This document shows positions 19,684 through 30,288 of a DNA stretch of 64,000 nucleotides, one piece after another (position 1 is the stretch's first letter; every line of letters begins with the position of its first letter). The notes under the pieces are model-generated. The model was not told where the DNA came from and did no database searches. It saw only the letters and a program-made list of their open reading frames with translations. A program made the translations under genes and the position numbers. The stretch spans positions 1,076 through 65,075 of the forward strand of contig CANQST010000001.1 in the NCBI GenBank assembly GCA_947626595.1. Reading direction: 5' to 3'. The DNA comes from an uncultured Bacilli bacterium (GTDB lineage: Bacteria > Bacillota_I > Bacilli_A > RF39 > UBA660).

Positions 19684-20170
19684 ATTCGATTATTCCTGTT
19701 ATAGTTTTAGTTTTACTATCATTTGGTTCTAAGTTTATATCTTTATCATAAGTAACTGTAATATTAAAAGATGTTTTATCGCCTGATTTTAAAATATTAC
19801 TAAGGGCAGTTGTTTCATAGGAAATAGCTTTAGAGCCATTAATTTCATCAGTTTGAAATAAGACATTTTTTAGTTTGGCATTTATTGTTCCTAGATTTTC
19901 AATGGTAACACGATAGGTAATAGTATCACCAGGATTTATTAATTTAGCATTAAAAGTAACTGTGGTATTGGTAAAATTAGGGTTTCCTGGATTTGTACCA
20001 TTAGTGGCATTTATTACTTCAACATTAGTAATACGAACATCCCAAGAGCTTATGATTTCAGCATTTCCTTTGAAATGAAACTCTGTTGCGAAAGAGGCAT
20101 ATCCAACGGCCATAATTAAAAGTAAGAGTAGGATAATACCTATTATTATATTTCTTTTTATTTGACGCAT
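19670..20170 (-). CDS. TasA/camelysin-like secreted protein with SipW-cognate signal peptide
   Basis: MRQIKRNIIIGIILLLLLIMAVGYASFATEF resembles the SipW-cognate signal class (…GGTYAYFSDTE). N/T-rich beta-rich body. RBS aaaggag 8 nt upstream of the ATG at 20170 (the ORF-track start at 20188 lies inside the RBS). Confidence 0.55.
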   Translation of the reverse strand: MRQIKRNIIIGIILLLLLIMAVGYASFATEFHFKGNAEIISSWDVRITNVEVINATNGTNPGNPNFTNTTVTFNAKLINPGDTITYRVTIENLGTINAKLKNVLFQTDEINGSKAISYETTALSNILKSGDKTSFNITVTYDKDINLEPNDSKTKTITGIIEYVQE

Positions 20171-20295
20171 AATTTCAACTCCTTTCATAAATTAAACTAT
20201 GAAAGGTTATTTAAAAATAGCAGTCCTCTTTAGTATTATATGTATTAATTTATTTTGTGATATAATTATATTAATAAAGAGAGGTAGTATTTTAA

Positions 20296-21015
20296 ATGAT
20301 TGATAAGTTACAAGAAATGATTAATGAAAGTAGTAATATTGTTTTCTTTGGAGGAGCTGGTGTCTCTACTGATAGTGGTATTAAAGATTTTCGTAGTAAA
20401 GATGGCCTTTATAGTATAAAAACAAAGTATAGAGCTGAAGATATGTTAAGTAGAGAAATGTTTTTTAGAAAGACAGCTTTGTTTTATGATTTTTATAAGG
20501 AAAACTTAAATTCTTTAGAAGTAGAGCCTAATATTACGCATAAGTTTTTAAAAGAGTTAGAAGATTGTTCTAAACTAAAGGCTATAATTACACAAAATAT
20601 TGATGGCTTACATACTAAGGCAGGGTGCAAAAATGTTTTAGAGCTTCATGGTAGTATTTATAGAAATCATTGTTTAGATTGTCATAAAAGTTTTTCGGCA
20701 GAATATGTTTTTTCTTCTAAAGGTATACCAATATGTAATCAGTGTGGAGGAATAATAAAACCTGATGTAGTTTTATATGGTGAGATGTTACCAAGTTGTT
20801 TTAATGATGCAATAGATTATATTAGAAAAGCTGATATGTTAATAGTAGCGGGAACTTCTTTAACTGTAGAACCTGCGAGTAGTCTAGTTAGGTTATTTAA
20901 AGGCAAATACTTAGTCATATTAAATAAGACTAAAACACCATATGATAGTTATGCTAATCTAGTCATAAATGCTTCCTTGAAGGATATATTTTCACAATTA
21001 AAAACCTCTAAGTAG
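20296..21015 (+). CDS. cobB: NAD-dependent protein deacylase, Sir2 family (CobB)
   Basis: GAGVSTDSGIKDFRS, Zn-binding CxxC…CxxC, GTSLTVEPA. Confidence 0.85.
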   Translation: MIDKLQEMINESSNIVFFGGAGVSTDSGIKDFRSKDGLYSIKTKYRAEDMLSREMFFRKTALFYDFYKENLNSLEVEPNITHKFLKELEDCSKLKAIITQNIDGLHTKAGCKNVLELHGSIYRNHCLDCHKSFSAEYVFSSKGIPICNQCGGIIKPDVVLYGEMLPSCFNDAIDYIRKADMLIVAGTSLTVEPASSLVRLFKGKYLVILNKTKTPYDSYANLVINASLKDIFSQLKTSK

Positions 21016-21018
21016 AGG

Positions 21019-21381
21019 TTATATGATAGTTGGCGCTAAGAATTTAAAGAAAGGAATATTTCTTAGTATACCATAGATAATAAATATGCCTATTAGAAAA
21101 TACCAAATAAAGGGTTCTAATTTCTTAGTTATTTTTTTATCTAATAATAAATAAATTAAATACATTATTAAACTAATAAATAATAAAGGATTAAAACGAA
21201 AAGCTTGGTAAAAATTTCCATGAAGTAGACTTCTAAACATTCTAGTAGAGCCACATCCAGGACAATATAAGTGAAAAATTAATCTAATAGGGCATTTTAA
21301 AAAGATATTAAAGTGTTCTCCAACTATTAAATAAATAACTAGGATAACTAGAAATATTCCAATATTTCTAATTTTTTTCAT
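21019..21381 (-). CDS. small membrane protein (DUF-like, 3-4 TM)
   Basis: 120 aa, hydrophobic. Confidence 0.4.
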   Translation of the reverse strand: MKKIRNIGIFLVILVIYLIVGEHFNIFLKCPIRLIFHLYCPGCGSTRMFRSLLHGNFYQAFRFNPLLFISLIMYLIYLLLDKKITKKLEPFIWYFLIGIFIIYGILRNIPFFKFLAPTII

Positions 21382-21382
21382 A

Positions 21383-21742
21383 TTAAATTACATTAGCATT
21401 CTTATCACTGATATTATTTAAATCATTTTGAATTAAACAGTAATTGACAATACCTAAACCAAATAATTGTAAAATGATATAAAGAATGGAATTATCGTCT
21501 GCTGGAAGATTGCATTTACTTTTAGCTTGAACAAGAGCTTTTCCCATTAGATAAGCCCAGTAGTAACCATAAATACCACAAGTAATTAAAGTGAAAAGAA
21601 AACATTTTCCACCAGAAAGTCTATCGTCTCCACTTACAATTCTTGCATCATCAGTGATGCTAATAAACCAAATAATGCCATAAATGCCACAAGTTACAAT
21701 TGTTAAAATAATGTTAGTTACAATATCTCTTTTCTTTATCAT
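21383..21742 (-). CDS. small membrane protein
   Basis: 119 aa, two hydrophobic hairpins, CGIYG repeats. Confidence 0.4.
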   Translation of the reverse strand: MIKKRDIVTNIILTIVTCGIYGIIWFISITDDARIVSGDDRLSGGKCFLFTLITCGIYGYYWAYLMGKALVQAKSKCNLPADDNSILYIILQLFGLGIVNYCLIQNDLNNISDKNANVI

Positions 21743-21837
21743 AAAACTTCCTCCTTATGAAAATAATATACCATATTCTTTAAAAAATGTATAGAAAAAG
21801 AAAAAAATTTAATACTAAGAATAGGAGGAATAATATT

Positions 21838-22275
21838 ATGAATGAAAATATAGAACTTTATAAGCATATTAATAAGGATTGTGATATGGCTATTTTTACA
21901 ATGGAAAAATTACTTAAAGAAATTAAAGAAAAAGATAATAAGATTAAAAACTTAATTGAAGATATTTTAAAAGAGTATAAAAAGTTTTATGAAGATAGTA
22001 AAAAGTATTTAAAGAAATGTAAAGTATGTGAAGAAGAAAATAGTACTTCTAGTAAGATGGGTGCTGGTATGGGAATTAAAAAAGAAGTACAAAAAGATAA
22101 TAGTGATGCGGCTATTGCGAGTATGATGATTGAAGGTATTTCTATGGGAACAATTGAAATGGAAAAGAAAATTATTAATTATAAAGATATTGTTTCTCAT
22201 AAAGAACTTAATATGGCGAAGGAATTTTTAAAGTTTCAAGAAAGGTCTATTTCTAAATTAAAAGAGTTTTTCTAA
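21838..22275 (+). CDS. hypothetical cytoplasmic protein
   Basis: Probable start at MNENIELYK, with RBS aggagg upstream. Confidence 0.45.
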   Translation: MNENIELYKHINKDCDMAIFTMEKLLKEIKEKDNKIKNLIEDILKEYKKFYEDSKKYLKKCKVCEEENSTSSKMGAGMGIKKEVQKDNSDAAIASMMIEGISMGTIEMEKKIINYKDIVSHKELNMAKEFLKFQERSISKLKEFF

Positions 22276-22330
22276 AATAAGTGTAGGAATACATTTATTT
22301 TTTTGGTAAAATTGACTTAGAGGTAAGTAT

Positions 22331-22831
22331 ATGTATAAAACTTTTTATGATAGTCCTATTGGTAAACTTATAATTTTAAGTGATGGGAAAAGTATTACTA
22401 ATTTATATATGGAAAAGCAAAAGTATATTAATCTAGAAAAGATAAGAGAAAGTATCGAAGATAATTCTTTAGAAGTATTTATAAGAGTAAAGGAATGTTT
22501 AGATAATTATTTTAATGGTAAAAAAGTTTCTTTTAGAGAAATACCTTTAAATTTAGAAGTAAGTGATTATAGGAAAAAAGTTTATGAGATATTACTAAAT
22601 ATTCCTTATGGTAAAATGAGAACTTATGGGGATATTGCTTTAGAAGTAGCTTCTTTAAATGGTAAAAATAAATGTAGTCAAGCGATAGGAAATGCAATAG
22701 GTCATAATCCTATTTCAATAATTATTCCATGTCATAGAGTAGTAGGTAAGAGTAATATAGGTGGTTATGCTGGAGGAGTTTCTAAAAAGAAAAAATTATT
22801 AGAAATAGAGGGAAATGTTAATTATAGTTGA
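22331..22831 (+). CDS. ogt: methylated-DNA--protein-cysteine methyltransferase (Ogt/MGMT)
   Basis: IPCHRVV active-site motif. Confidence 0.85.
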   Translation: MYKTFYDSPIGKLIILSDGKSITNLYMEKQKYINLEKIRESIEDNSLEVFIRVKECLDNYFNGKKVSFREIPLNLEVSDYRKKVYEILLNIPYGKMRTYGDIALEVASLNGKNKCSQAIGNAIGHNPISIIIPCHRVVGKSNIGGYAGGVSKKKKLLEIEGNVNYS

Positions 22832-22855
22832 CAAAGTTCCACTTCAAATAGGTAG

Positions 22856-23518
22856 ATGTCAACTGAAAGATACGATATACTTTTAAGCGAGGTGAGGAAA
22901 GTGGACTTAGGAAATAAGTTATTAGAATTAAGAAAGAAAAAGAATTTATCACAAGAGGAGGCAGCTTTTGAATTAAATGTTACAAGACAAACAATTTCAA
23001 AGTGGGAAACTAATCAAAGTGTACCTGATTTTAGTAAGCTTGTAGCCTTATGTGAGTTATATGAAATTACTCCTAATGATTTATTACTGGAAAAAGATAT
23101 TACCTTCAAAGAAAATTCTACTATCGAAGATAATTCTAAAGGTAAGAAAGCTAAAATGATAGGAGTGGGAATACTTCTATATTTTGTAGCGTGTGTTTTA
23201 GTTTTAATATCAATACCAGTAATGAAATTTAATCCTGTTATTTCGGTTAGTATATTTTTACTTATTTGTGGTATAGGTACATACATGATAATAGTTGCCT
23301 GCATAACATATTCAAAAAAGGAAGTAAATACTAAAGAAATAAAACTACGTAAGGAAATTTCTAGTATTATAGCTATAATGACAACAGTTATTTATTTACT
23401 AGTTAGTTTTATAACAGGTGCTTGGCATATTACTTGGATTATCTGGTTACTTTATGCAATACTAGAAGAAATAATTAAATTAATTTTTATACTTAAAGGA
23501 GATAATTATGAAGAATAG
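22856..23518 (+). CDS. XRE-family HTH regulator fused to a 4-TM membrane domain
   Basis: LSQEEAAFELNVTRQTISKWE helix-turn-helix, followed by hydrophobic helices. Start uncertain. Confidence 0.65.
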   Translation: MSTERYDILLSEVRKVDLGNKLLELRKKKNLSQEEAAFELNVTRQTISKWETNQSVPDFSKLVALCELYEITPNDLLLEKDITFKENSTIEDNSKGKKAKMIGVGILLYFVACVLVLISIPVMKFNPVISVSIFLLICGIGTYMIIVACITYSKKEVNTKEIKLRKEISSIIAIMTTVIYLLVSFITGAWHITWIIWLLYAILEEIIKLIFILKGDNYEE

Positions 23519-24383
23519 AAAACCAATTATTACATTAATTATTATTTTAGGAATAATTTTTGTTGTGGGATGTATTTTCTTCATAAAAATTATTAGTAGT
23601 AATAAACCTTTTATTTTTAACTATAAAGAAGAAAAGAAACTTGTTTTAGATAAGGAATATGATAATAATTTTGATAGTATTAATATTAATAGTAAAGCTT
23701 CTTCAATTAATGTTTTAGAGGGAAGAGAAGATAAAATACTTCTTAAAATTTATGGTAATAAAGATTATGTTAATGTAAATACTTCTAATATTTTAGATAT
23801 AAAAATTGAACAGGAAGATTGTCATTTCTTTTGTTTAGAAAAAACTATTTCGAGAATAGATATTTATTTACCATCTTCTTTTTCTAAAGAAATTAATATT
23901 ACTAATAATTATGGTGATACTAAGTTAGAAAATTTTGATAACATAGTTAGTAATATTTATAATGATTGTGGTGATATTATTATTGGAAGTATTAGAGATG
24001 GAAAGATTGAAAATGATTATGGTGATATTAAGATAGGTAAAGTAGATAGTGTTGATGTAAAGAATGATTGTGGCGATATTGATATAGGAGAAGTTAATAG
24101 TATAAAAGCACATAATTCTTATGGAGATATTTCTATTAAAAAGATAAATAATTATCTTAATATAGAAGACGACTGTGGAGATATAGAATTAAATAATATA
24201 AATTTAACTAAAAAGTCAACTATTAAGAATGATTATGGAGATATTGATATAGGAATGACCAATGATATTTATATTGATGCATCTGTTGATCTTGGAGATA
24301 TCTCTATTAACAATAATAATCATAAGAGTGATATAGTTTTAAAAATAGAAAATGATTGTGGCGATATAATAGTTGCTAATTAG
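23508..24383 (+). CDS. DUF4097 beta-helical 'putative adhesin' repeat protein (LiaG-like)
   Basis: N-terminal TM, then ≥8 repeats of N-D-[CY]-G-D-I-x-I-G. Overlaps the upstream XRE-TM gene (operon). Confidence 0.7.
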   Translation: MKNRKPIITLIIILGIIFVVGCIFFIKIISSNKPFIFNYKEEKKLVLDKEYDNNFDSININSKASSINVLEGREDKILLKIYGNKDYVNVNTSNILDIKIEQEDCHFFCLEKTISRIDIYLPSSFSKEINITNNYGDTKLENFDNIVSNIYNDCGDIIIGSIRDGKIENDYGDIKIGKVDSVDVKNDCGDIDIGEVNSIKAHNSYGDISIKKINNYLNIEDDCGDIELNNINLTKKSTIKNDYGDIDIGMTNDIYIDASVDLGDISINNNNHKSDIVLKIENDCGDIIVAN

Positions 24384-24454
24384 TATGTAAACTTAGAATA
24401 TTTTCTATTTAATTTTTTCAACTTTTACATTATAATTTTCTTAGAGGTTATATT

Positions 24455-25210
24455 ATGAGAAAAATATTTAAAATTTTTAAGTGCCTGATCTTTATTTTTA
24501 TAGCTATGTTACTAGGAGGAGCTTTGTCTTTATTTATTATTAATTATAAAGAAAAAGATTTACTAGAAAAAGAAATATTAGCTTTTCAAGATAAAGATTT
24601 AAGTAGGGATGACTTTACTGTTAAAGTTAAGACTAAAAAGAGTTATGCTTATATAGAAGAAACAATAAAAAAATATTATAAAGACTTATCAGATAATATA
24701 AAATCTATTAATTATTATTTAAGTAATAATAATTTTATAGAGATACTTTCAATAGAACAGTTAAAGAAAGATAGACCTAATTATACTTTTAGTCATGTTA
24801 CAGTTAAAAGTACTAAATCTAAAATAAATAAGGCTTTAGAGAATATTGATAATTTATGTAGTGAAGAAAATATTAAGAATTTGATTGATAAGAAGAAGTT
24901 TCATGATTATGATAGAAAATATTTTTCTGATTTATTTTTAGATACTATTTATTCTAATGGAGAAGCTATAAAGTTAGATAATACTAAAGAAGAGATGGAT
25001 AGGTTGTCTAAAGATTTAAATACTTTCTTGGATAAGATTGATAAAGTATTAACTTTTCTACATGATAATGATGATGACTTAGAGTTATCTAGTACTAAGG
25101 GAATTATTTTTGAGGACGAAGATATTAGTAATAGTTATAAGAAGTTATATAATGAACTTCAGGAAATAGCTGGTAATTTTGAAAAAGCAAGTGAAGAAGA
25201 TACTCTTTAA
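24455..25210 (+). CDS. hypothetical N-terminally anchored protein
   Basis: 251 aa, single TM. Confidence 0.45.
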   Translation: MRKIFKIFKCLIFIFIAMLLGGALSLFIINYKEKDLLEKEILAFQDKDLSRDDFTVKVKTKKSYAYIEETIKKYYKDLSDNIKSINYYLSNNNFIEILSIEQLKKDRPNYTFSHVTVKSTKSKINKALENIDNLCSEENIKNLIDKKKFHDYDRKYFSDLFLDTIYSNGEAIKLDNTKEEMDRLSKDLNTFLDKIDKVLTFLHDNDDDLELSSTKGIIFEDEDISNSYKKLYNELQEIAGNFEKASEEDTL

Positions 25211-25339
25211 TTAGAATATCTTTTTTATGTATTAGGAATTTGCTTGGTAAAGTAAATGAATTTATCTCTTAAGGTATGGTTTTAATAAGGTATTCGATTG
25301 ACGATTAAAGAAATTTGTTTTGTAATGTAATTGTCAGGA

Positions 25340-25640
25340 TGAATAAAATATGGTTATTAATAAAGCTTATAAGTTTAGACTTTATCCAGTTAAGAACAAA
25401 TAGTACTTATTAATAAATTTATTGGTAGTAGTCGCTTTGTTTATAATTACTATTTGAATAAAAAAGAAGAATTGTATAAAAGTTCTAAACAAAACTTATC
25501 TTTAAAAGATATGAAAAAAGATCTATTATCATTAGCTGTAGAATATCCTTGGTTAAAAGAAAAGAAGTGTTAGTGACTAACGGAAACTGGTCTCTAGAGG
25601 ATAGAAATATCTTATAAAAGAGAAAAAGACAAACCGTGAG
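25340..25640 (+). pseudogene. decayed N-terminal fragment of an IS200/IS605-family TnpB (OrfB)
   Basis: MVINKAYKFRLYPVKNK* matches the TnpB N-terminal consensus (M..KAYKFRLYP.KEQ). A later frame gives …LAVEYPWLKEKK (TnpB …EYPWLKEV… motif). Broken by multiple stops. Flanked by inverted 12-mers tttgtaatgtaa (25309-25320) / ttacattacaaa (25649-25660). Confidence 0.5.
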
Positions 25641-25725
25641 GTTTTGTTTTACATTACAAAATTGTAAGGTTAAATGAAATTTATTGTTATATAATAGATA
25701 TTAGGTGATATACGTGGAAAAAATA

Positions 25726-26379
25726 ATGATAATTGAAGACGATATTCAAATAAGAGAAAATTTAAAAGATTTATTAGAGAAAAATTCTTATCAAGTAGTG
25801 GTATTAGAAGACTTTAAAAATGCTTTAGAAAAAATATTATTAGAAAAGGCTAATTTATTATTACTAGATATAAATATTCCTTATATTAGTGGAGAAATAC
25901 TAATTCAAGATATTAGGAAAAAATCTAATATACCTATTATAATGGTTACTAGTTATAATAATGAAACAGACGAAGCTTTATCTATTTCTTATGGAGCAGA
26001 CGATTATATTACTAAGCCTTATAATCCTAATATTTTACTTTTAAGAATAAAAAATATTTTAAGAAGAGTAAATAAATATTATAATGATAAGATAATTTAT
26101 AAAGATTTAATTTTTGATATTTCTAAAGGAACAATTAAAAATAATAATAAAGAGATAATTCTTACTAAGAATGAAACTATTATTTTTTCTTATCTTCTTT
26201 CTCATAAAGAAGAAATTGTATCAAGAGATGAGCTTATGACTATTCTTTGGGATAATACTGAATTTATAAATGATAATACTTTAACAGTTAATATTAGTAG
26301 GCTTAGAAAAAAACTAGAAGAATTAGAAACAACTATTCATATAGATACTAGAAAGTCTAGGGGGTATATTCTATTATGA
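25726..26379 (+). CDS. OmpR-family response regulator (BceR-like)
   Basis: Receiver domain (MIIEDD…LLLLDINIPY…) and winged-helix output domain. Start at 25705 (GTG) or 25726 (ATG). Confidence 0.85.
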   Translation: MIIEDDIQIRENLKDLLEKNSYQVVVLEDFKNALEKILLEKANLLLLDINIPYISGEILIQDIRKKSNIPIIMVTSYNNETDEALSISYGADDYITKPYNPNILLLRIKNILRRVNKYYNDKIIYKDLIFDISKGTIKNNNKEIILTKNETIIFSYLLSHKEEIVSRDELMTILWDNTEFINDNTLTVNISRLRKKLEELETTIHIDTRKSRGYILL

Positions 26380-27377
26380 GATTAAAATATTATTTAATAG
26401 ATAAAATATATTTTATAATTATTTTTCTTAGTAGTTATCTTTTAATAACATTAATTCTTTTAGCGTTTAAACAAGAAGTGTTAATTATACCAATTAGTAT
26501 AATTTTACTTGTAAGTTTAATTTCTCTTCTTCTTATCGATTATTTTAGAAAAAGAAAATTTTATACTGATTTATTAGAAAATATTAATTATTTAGATAAA
26601 GCTTATATCGTTTTAGAGACTCTTAATAGACCAAGTTTTTATGAGGGAAAATTATTATATGATGCTTTTTATAAGATAAATAAATCAATGAATGAAAATA
26701 TAAAAGTAAAGGAAGAACAATTTGTTAATACTAAAGAGTATATTGAAATGTGGATACATGAAGTTAAAAAACCTATCGCTACACTTTCTTTAGTTCTTAA
26801 TAAAGCTCCACGTAAGACTAAGAATATTATTAAGAATTTAGAAGATTATGTTGATCAAGTTTTATATTATACGAGGAGTGAAAATGCTGAGAAAGATTAT
26901 TTTATTAAAGAAGTAGATTTATCAAGCGTTATAAAAAATGTTGGTGTTAGGAATATGGACGATTTACTTTTAAATAAAATTGATTTTAAAGTAGATAAGA
27001 TAACTTCTTTAGTGTATACTGATATGAAATGGTTAGAGTTTATTATAAATCAAATTATAAATAATTGTATTAAGTATAAGAAAAAAGAAAATTCTTATAT
27101 AAAGATATATGTATTAGAAGATAGTAATAAGACTGATTTAGTTATTGAAGATAATGGTATAGGTATTCCAGATATTGATATAAAAAGAGTTTTTGATAAG
27201 ACTTTTACAGGCTCTAATGGTATAAATAGAAGAACTTCAACAGGAATGGGTTTATATATTGCGAAGAATTTATGTCAAAGATTAGGACATAATATTAGTA
27301 TTATATCTGAAGAAAATTTATATACTAAGGTAATTATATCTTTTGGGAAGAGTAAGTACTTTGAAGTTTTAAAATGA
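26376..27377 (+). CDS. intramembrane-sensing histidine kinase (BceS-like)
   Basis: Two N-terminal TM helices with a minimal loop, H-box EMWIHEVKKPIA, HATPase (EDNGIGIP, GMGLYIAKNL). 4-bp overlap with the response-regulator gene. Confidence 0.8.
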   Translation: MRLKYYLIDKIYFIIIFLSSYLLITLILLAFKQEVLIIPISIILLVSLISLLLIDYFRKRKFYTDLLENINYLDKAYIVLETLNRPSFYEGKLLYDAFYKINKSMNENIKVKEEQFVNTKEYIEMWIHEVKKPIATLSLVLNKAPRKTKNIIKNLEDYVDQVLYYTRSENAEKDYFIKEVDLSSVIKNVGVRNMDDLLLNKIDFKVDKITSLVYTDMKWLEFIINQIINNCIKYKKKENSYIKIYVLEDSNKTDLVIEDNGIGIPDIDIKRVFDKTFTGSNGINRRTSTGMGLYIAKNLCQRLGHNISIISEENLYTKVIISFGKSKYFEVLK

Positions 27378-27460
27378 CAAAATTGTTAGGTTTTTGTAAT
27401 ATTTAATGTGCGACAAATAAATGGATTTAATTTAAAATGTTAGTTGTAAGGAGGGAATAT

Positions 27461-28225
27461 ATGAGTATTTTAAAAGTAGAAAAAATAGAAAAATACTATG
27501 GAAGTCGTTCTTCACTAACAAAAGCAATTGATAATATTTCTTTTGAAGTAGAAAAGGGAGAATTTGTTTGTTTTATGGGCGCTAGTGGGTCAGGTAAGAC
27601 GACGTTACTTAATTGTATTTCAACTATTGATAATGTAACTAGTGGTCATATTTTTTTAGGAGGTTACGATATTACTAAATTAAAAGGAAATGAACTAAAT
27701 AGATATCGTAGAGAGGAACTTGGTTTTATCTTTCAAGACTTTAATTTACTTGATACTTTAACAGCTTATGAAAATATTGCTTTAGCTTTATCTATTCAAA
27801 ATAGTAGAAATTTGGAAATTGATAGAAAAGTTAAAGCAATTGCGAGTGAGCTTGACATTAAAAATATTTTGGATAAGTATCCATATCAAATGAGTGGTGG
27901 TGAAAAGCAACGTGTTGCGAGTGCAAGAGCGGTTATTACTGATGCAAAATTAATCTTGGCGGATGAACCGACAGGGGCCTTGGACTCAAAATCTTCGAAG
28001 ATGCTTTTAGAAAAGTTTAATCATTTAAATAAGGTAATGGGTTCAACTATTTTGATGGTTACTCATGATGCTTTTAGTGCTAGTTATGCTAGTAGGGTAA
28101 TCTTTATTAAGGATGGTAAAATCTTTAAAGAAATAAATAGAGGAGAAACTTCTCGTAAAGATTTTTTTAATAAGATTATTGATGTAGTTACTTTACTAGG
28201 TGGAGATTTAAATGATGCTTTATAA
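27461..28225 (+). CDS. ABC transporter ATP-binding protein (BceA-like)
   Basis: RBS aaggaggg. Walker A GASGSGKTT, signature MSGGEKQRV, Walker B LILADEPTGALD. Confidence 0.85.
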   Translation: MSILKVEKIEKYYGSRSSLTKAIDNISFEVEKGEFVCFMGASGSGKTTLLNCISTIDNVTSGHIFLGGYDITKLKGNELNRYRREELGFIFQDFNLLDTLTAYENIALALSIQNSRNLEIDRKVKAIASELDIKNILDKYPYQMSGGEKQRVASARAVITDAKLILADEPTGALDSKSSKMLLEKFNHLNKVMGSTILMVTHDAFSASYASRVIFIKDGKIFKEINRGETSRKDFFNKIIDVVTLLGGDLNDAL

Positions 28226-30287
28226 ATTATCTTTAAAAAATATCAAGAGAAGTATTAAAGATTATGCCATCTATTTTTTTACTCTTATTCTTGGTGTTGC
28301 GATATTTTATGTTTTTAATGCTTTAGATAGTCAAACAGTAATGATGCAGGTTTCTTCTTCAACAGTTGAGTTAATTGAACTTATGATGCAGCTTCTTTCA
28401 GGTGTTAGCGTCTTTGTTTCTTTTATATTAGGTTTCTTAATTATCTATGCATCACGTTTTTTAATAAAAAGACGAAATAAAGAGTTTGCGATTTACTTAA
28501 CACTAGGTATGAGTAAAAGAAAAATATCATTAATTTTATTTTTTGAAACACTCTTTATTGGTATTATTTCTCTTATAGTTGGCATAGCTTTAGGTACAAT
28601 ATTATCACAATTTATGAGTTTGATAGTTGCGAATATGTTTGAAGCTGATTTAACTAAATTTGCTTTTATCTTTTCTTCTAAGGCATGTCTTAAAACTATT
28701 TTGTATTTTAGTATTATGTATTTACTAGTAATGATATTTAATATAATAAGTGTTAGTAAATGTAAATTAATTGACTTATTAAATAATTCAAAGAAAAGTG
28801 AAAAAATCAAATTAAAAAATCCATATCTATGTATAATAATCTTTATAGTTTCAAGTATTATATTAGGAAAAGCTTATTATATGGTAACTCATGATTTTCT
28901 TACTTTACAAGATTTTAGTGACGCAATGATACCTATTATAATGGGAGCAGTATCTACTTTCTTTATATTTTGGTCTTTATCTGGCTTAATTTTACGAATT
29001 TGTATGGAAAGGAAAAAGTTTTATTATAAAGGGTTAAATAGTTTTACGTTAAGAGAATTTTCTAGTAAGATAAATACAACTGTTTTTTCCACAACTATTA
29101 TTTGTTTAATGTTATTTGTAACTATTTGTTTAATATCAGCTTGCTTTACAGTTAAAAACTCTATGAACGCTAATATTAAAAAACTTGCTCCTGTTGATTT
29201 TGATTTTTCAACTTATATTAATATGGAAAATAGATATGACGAATTTAGAAAATATGGTTTTAATGATGCTCAGATAAGAAATTCTTCTTATAATGTTATA
29301 GAAAAATTTAAATTATTTGATTTTGATATTACTAAGTACTTAAAAAATTATATTGAGATAAATACTTACGCTACTAGGGAATTAACATTTGGTGATACTT
29401 TAGGAAGAAAGTTTGAAGAAGTAAGTAAAATGTTTCCATTTTTGGATTGTACTGAGGAAGAACTTATTATGAAGATTAGTGATTATAATAAAGTTGCGAA
29501 GCTTTATAAAATGAAAGAATATTCTTTAGATAATAATCAATATATGATTATTGCGGATTTCAAATCAATGATTGAAGTTAGAAATATGGCTTTAAAAGAA
29601 AAAGAAGAAATTACAGTATTTGGTAAGACTTTAAAACCAAAATATACTTCTTGTCAAGATGGTTTTTTAGAGATGTCTAGTCAACATATTAATACTGGAA
29701 TAATACTAGTTCCTGATAATGTTGTTAAGGAGGAATACGTATATGATAATCATTTAATAGGTAATTATAATTTAACTAGTAAAGAAGAAATAAGTAATTT
29801 AGAAGATAAAATTAATTCTTTAGGCAATCTTCCTAAAGTAGAAGAATATTTATTACCAGCTGGGTCTACTAAATTAGCTATTATGGAAGCAACTATTGGA
29901 TTATCTGCTATGGTAACATTTATTGGTCTATACTTAGGTATTATCTTCTTAATTAGTAGTGCCGCTATTTTAGGACTAAAAGAATTATCGGAAAGTAGTG
30001 ATAATAAGAATAAATATCTTATATTAAGAAAGATTGGAGCAGACGAAAAATTAATTAATAGAGCCTTATTTAAACAAATATTAATTACTTTTATATTGCC
30101 TTTAATATTAGCTTTAATTCACTCTATCTTTGGTATAATGTTTGCGATTAAAGTTTTAGAAGTATTTGGTAATGAACAGTTAATTCCATCTATTATTATG
30201 ACAGCTTTCATTTTAGTTATTATTTATGGTGGATATTTCTTAATAACTTATTATTGTAGTAAAAATATTATTAAAGAGAGAATTTAA
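28212..30287 (+). CDS. FtsX-family ABC permease with large extracellular loop (BceB-like)
   Basis: 691 aa, 10 predicted TM helices in a 4+6 arrangement with a ~220-aa loop. Overlaps the ATPase gene. Confidence 0.8.
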   Translation: MMLYKLSLKNIKRSIKDYAIYFFTLILGVAIFYVFNALDSQTVMMQVSSSTVELIELMMQLLSGVSVFVSFILGFLIIYASRFLIKRRNKEFAIYLTLGMSKRKISLILFFETLFIGIISLIVGIALGTILSQFMSLIVANMFEADLTKFAFIFSSKACLKTILYFSIMYLLVMIFNIISVSKCKLIDLLNNSKKSEKIKLKNPYLCIIIFIVSSIILGKAYYMVTHDFLTLQDFSDAMIPIIMGAVSTFFIFWSLSGLILRICMERKKFYYKGLNSFTLREFSSKINTTVFSTTIICLMLFVTICLISACFTVKNSMNANIKKLAPVDFDFSTYINMENRYDEFRKYGFNDAQIRNSSYNVIEKFKLFDFDITKYLKNYIEINTYATRELTFGDTLGRKFEEVSKMFPFLDCTEEELIMKISDYNKVAKLYKMKEYSLDNNQYMIIADFKSMIEVRNMALKEKEEITVFGKTLKPKYTSCQDGFLEMSSQHINTGIILVPDNVVKEEYVYDNHLIGNYNLTSKEEISNLEDKINSLGNLPKVEEYLLPAGSTKLAIMEATIGLSAMVTFIGLYLGIIFLISSAAILGLKELSESSDNKNKYLILRKIGADEKLINRALFKQILITFILPLILALIHSIFGIMFAIKVLEVFGNEQLIPSIIMTAFILVIIYGGYFLITYYCSKNIIKERI

Positions 30288-30288
30288 A

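Noticed and set aside
22009-24113. Minus-strand ORFs 22009-22200, 23014-23304, 23925-24113
   Set aside because: All three are embedded antisense in plus-strand CDSs. Their translations are low complexity.
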